A stretch of DNA of 64,000 nucleotides from the NCBI GenBank assembly GCA_963753975.1, contig CAVWEH010000002.1, positions 256,001 through 320,000 of the forward strand, in the 5' to 3' direction. This document shows, one piece after another, positions 61,337 to 64,000 of the stretch. Numbering within the stretch: the first letter of the stretch is position 1; each line of letters begins with the position of its first letter. A program made the position numbers and the translations under genes. The DNA comes from an uncultured delta proteobacterium (GTDB taxonomy: Bacteria > Desulfobacterota > Syntrophia > Syntrophales > Smithellaceae). Below the pieces are notes generated by a model. That model was not told the origin of the DNA. It ran no database searches and saw only the letters and a list, made by a program, of their open reading frames with translations.

Positions 61337-61698
61337 ATTATCTCCTTAATTTTAATCATAAAATAGCGATTTTGCTGCATGCGCTTCCAATATTTTATTC
61401 TCCTTTCTGTACAACCTAGAAGTAAATCTTTTGGGTTTAAATGAAGAAGGCAGTTGCAGCGCATCACGAGTCTTGCATTTACTAAAGTATTTTTGATAAG
61501 ATATCACTTTGCTTGATTGAATTGTAGGAAATTTGGTCTTTCACGTCAAGGCAATCTTGTTCACAAAGGTGGGGTGCAGTGTCGATGTTTATCATCGTGT
61601 ATAAATAGTGTTTATTACAGATTGAAATGTTGTGTGTATTGGGAAAATCAGAAAAACCATTAACGCACGTTTCAAATTCATTACTAGGGAAAACACTT

Positions 61699-62643
61699 AT
61701 GAACTATCTTGTAACAGGCGGGGCCGGTTTCATCGGCTCTAACATTGTTGAGGAACTTGTACATCGTGGAGAAAAAGTTCGAGTTCTTGATAATTTTTCT
61801 ACCGGGAAACGCCATAACATTGAACCTTTCCTTAGCTCCATTGAATTAATCGAAGGCGATGTCCTCAGTTACCATATAGTGAGAGAAGCGGCAGAAGGCA
61901 TTGACTTTATTTTACACGAAGCGGCGCTGTCATCGGTACCACTATCAATACGTGATCCAATCACAACAAACGAAGTAAATGTTGTCGGAACACTCAACGT
62001 TCTTTGTGCCGCCAAGGACGCAAAAGTTCGGCGCGTCGTATTCGCCTCTTCTTCATCAATTTACGGAGAAACACCGGAATTACCTAACCATGAAGGAATG
62101 ATACCTGCTCCATTATCGCCATACGCTGTTTCAAAACTAGCAGCAGAAAGACATTGTTCTGTTTTTACTAAAGTCCATGGACTGGGAACAGTCGCGTTAC
62201 GTTATTTCAATGTCTTCGGTCCAAAGCAAGACTCTACATCGCAATATTCGGCAGTTATACCAAAATTCATTACGGCAATCTTGCACAATCGTAAACCATT
62301 AATTTACGGTGATGGTGAACAGAGCAGGGATTTTACCTTTGTTTCCAATGTGGTTAATGCTAACATTCTCGCGGCAACCACGACGGGCATAGATGGTGTT
62401 GTTATTAATTGTGGTTGTCATGAACAAATTACTATAAATTACCTTGTACAAAAGATTAATGATATTGTAGGCAAAAATATATCGACTGAATACACAAAAC
62501 CACAACCGGGAGACATCAAGCATTCCTTTGCCGCAATCGAAGCCGCAAAACGATATTTGAGATATAAGCCTCTTGTGCAATTTGACGAAGGATTACGCAT
62601 GACTATTGATTGGTATAAAAGAGAATCAAATATTAAGTTCTAA
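61699..62643 (+). CDS. NAD-dependent nucleotide-sugar 4-epimerase (WbpP-like)
   Basis: VTGGAGFIGS, ASSSSIYG, SPYAVSK (YxxxK), RYFNVFGPKQD, YSAVIP and GDIKHS. Confidence 0.93.
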   Translation: MNYLVTGGAGFIGSNIVEELVHRGEKVRVLDNFSTGKRHNIEPFLSSIELIEGDVLSYHIVREAAEGIDFILHEAALSSVPLSIRDPITTNEVNVVGTLNVLCAAKDAKVRRVVFASSSSIYGETPELPNHEGMIPAPLSPYAVSKLAAERHCSVFTKVHGLGTVALRYFNVFGPKQDSTSQYSAVIPKFITAILHNRKPLIYGDGEQSRDFTFVSNVVNANILAATTTGIDGVVINCGCHEQITINYLVQKINDIVGKNISTEYTKPQPGDIKHSFAAIEAAKRYLRYKPLVQFDEGLRMTIDWYKRESNIKF

Positions 62644-62682
62644 TAAATCTAAAATATTTTTGTTTATAGTACCTCATGAAGT

Positions 62683-63666
62683 CTATCTATTTCTGCCATC
62701 GACAACAGCCATCCACTTGCTTCCTATTTTATGTAAATCTACATTATGCATTCCTGCCGCGTTCCATCCGTGACCTGTCATATTTGCAACCGGCCTCTCT
62801 ACGAGCTTTTCTCTATATGATTTTTTAGATAGTTCAGTTATTTCAAAAGCAAATACCCGAGTACCGTAGCTCGAATGATCGTCCTGTGCAAAACGGTATA
62901 GCCTGTCATTGTAAACAATAACTCTTCCGCCCGGCCTGGCGATCCTATTGTCGAATTTGACTATGGGATTCATTGGATGAGGTTTCCATTCACCCAACAG
63001 ATCACTGGCATAATAAAGATTTAATGTATCACATTCATTCGTAGCAACGAATAACCACCACTTTTTATTATACTGAAATATAGAAGGGTCCTTAAAATTA
63101 TATCCCGATAGTAAATTGCCGACGTATACCCATTTTGCAGGGAAGGACACCGCCTTGTATAATCTGACTGACAAATCCTGACCGCTTTCCGGGATGATGT
63201 AATAATCACCTTTATATTCAAAAACGTAAGGATATGACAAATGAAATGATTCGCTAATTACGATTTTCTTGTATTTCCAATTCTTGCCATCTGTGCTTTC
63301 CGCATAGCCAATATCACCTTGTCTTGTTTCTCTGTTCATCACTTCAAAAAAGACAGTATATTTATTTTGTGTGAACACCAGAAAAGGATCGGCTACATAC
63401 ATCGCGTCCACATCAACAACATCCCTTCCTGTTAAAATGGGATTGGCAATATCAGCTGGAGCAACTAAATCGAATGGACAGGAACCCTTATACACACCAA
63501 TAGAGAAAGGCCCATAAGTCTTATAAGGTATTATGTGCATCATATAACGGTATGCAGTCTCAATATATCTAAAAGGAAATACTTTATATCTTTGAATATA
63601 AAAACCATAAACGACGCCCATCAATATCATTATCAATATGATTAAACATATTAAAAATATTTTCAT
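62683..63666 (-). CDS. Membrane-anchored GH43-like beta-propeller protein (GINT1 N-terminal-domain-like)
   Basis: N-terminal TM helix; ADPF, FHLSYP, IIPES, DPSI, HPMNP, ARPGG, AQD...YG and GMH. Confidence 0.78.
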   Translation of the reverse strand: MKIFLICLIILIMILMGVVYGFYIQRYKVFPFRYIETAYRYMMHIIPYKTYGPFSIGVYKGSCPFDLVAPADIANPILTGRDVVDVDAMYVADPFLVFTQNKYTVFFEVMNRETRQGDIGYAESTDGKNWKYKKIVISESFHLSYPYVFEYKGDYYIIPESGQDLSVRLYKAVSFPAKWVYVGNLLSGYNFKDPSIFQYNKKWWLFVATNECDTLNLYYASDLLGEWKPHPMNPIVKFDNRIARPGGRVIVYNDRLYRFAQDDHSSYGTRVFAFEITELSKKSYREKLVERPVANMTGHGWNAAGMHNVDLHKIGSKWMAVVDGRNR

Positions 63667-64000
63667 AAATATGCTCTCTTGATTAAATCTTTCTGTGTTT
63701 GCTGGATTTTTATGAAATGTCCAAGTAAATCCAGACTTGTCATGGCAGAGCTATCTAGTTCTCTAAGAAGGTGCTTCAGAGTCTTGGAAAGCAGGCAGTC
63801 ATGTTCAAGGGCATCTTTTTACGAAAAATCCTTGTACCACATGTAAAATTAGAGTTCAATTTTTTGATTATTTCCGATTGAAAGGTTGTATTAGAAAAGG
63901 GAATTCAAAACACAACATTACAGGAAGAAGTGCTTACTGAACACATCTATTTATCCGCACCATCGATTTTACGAAATGATAATCGATTCTTTCCTGTAAC

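Overview
Bacterial chromosomal segment of moderate-to-low GC. Gene content and order (corC-lnt-prfB, tig-clpP-clpX-lon, a pan RNA leader, split arnA, many PAS/GGDEF proteins) suggest an anaerobic Desulfobacterota, perhaps Smithella/Syntrophaceae-like; this taxonomy is inference. From left to right: rpsB (partial, with an S2/t44-like leader), argJ, secA and an M23 peptidase; an L,D-transpeptidase / D-Ala-D-Ala dipeptidase / DAACS transporter operon; an orphan gene, a small Cys-rich protein and a PfpI-PRTase-hydrolase trio; an L-Ara4N lipid A modification cluster with a PAP2 phosphatase, a second GT39 and a GT9, divergent from lptFG; ahcY, a divergent metK, panDC and mltD; prfB with its programmed +1 frameshift, lnt, corC and a radical SAM gene preceded by an unrecognised GC-rich structured leader; four tRNAs; lon-clpX-clpP-tig; a c-di-GMP signalling block; a Ddl-like ATP-grasp enzyme; a CoA-transferase-like/GNAT fusion; and a mosaic, partly decayed surface-polysaccharide region. 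I saw no CRISPR array, integrase or transposase. Seven reading-frame lesions cluster at 8.3-18.3 kb and could be local sequencing error or real decay. The best novelty candidates are the structured RNA at about 35.66-35.77 kb, the probable pseudo-CoA-transferase/GNAT fusion and the LDT-VanX-transporter operon.
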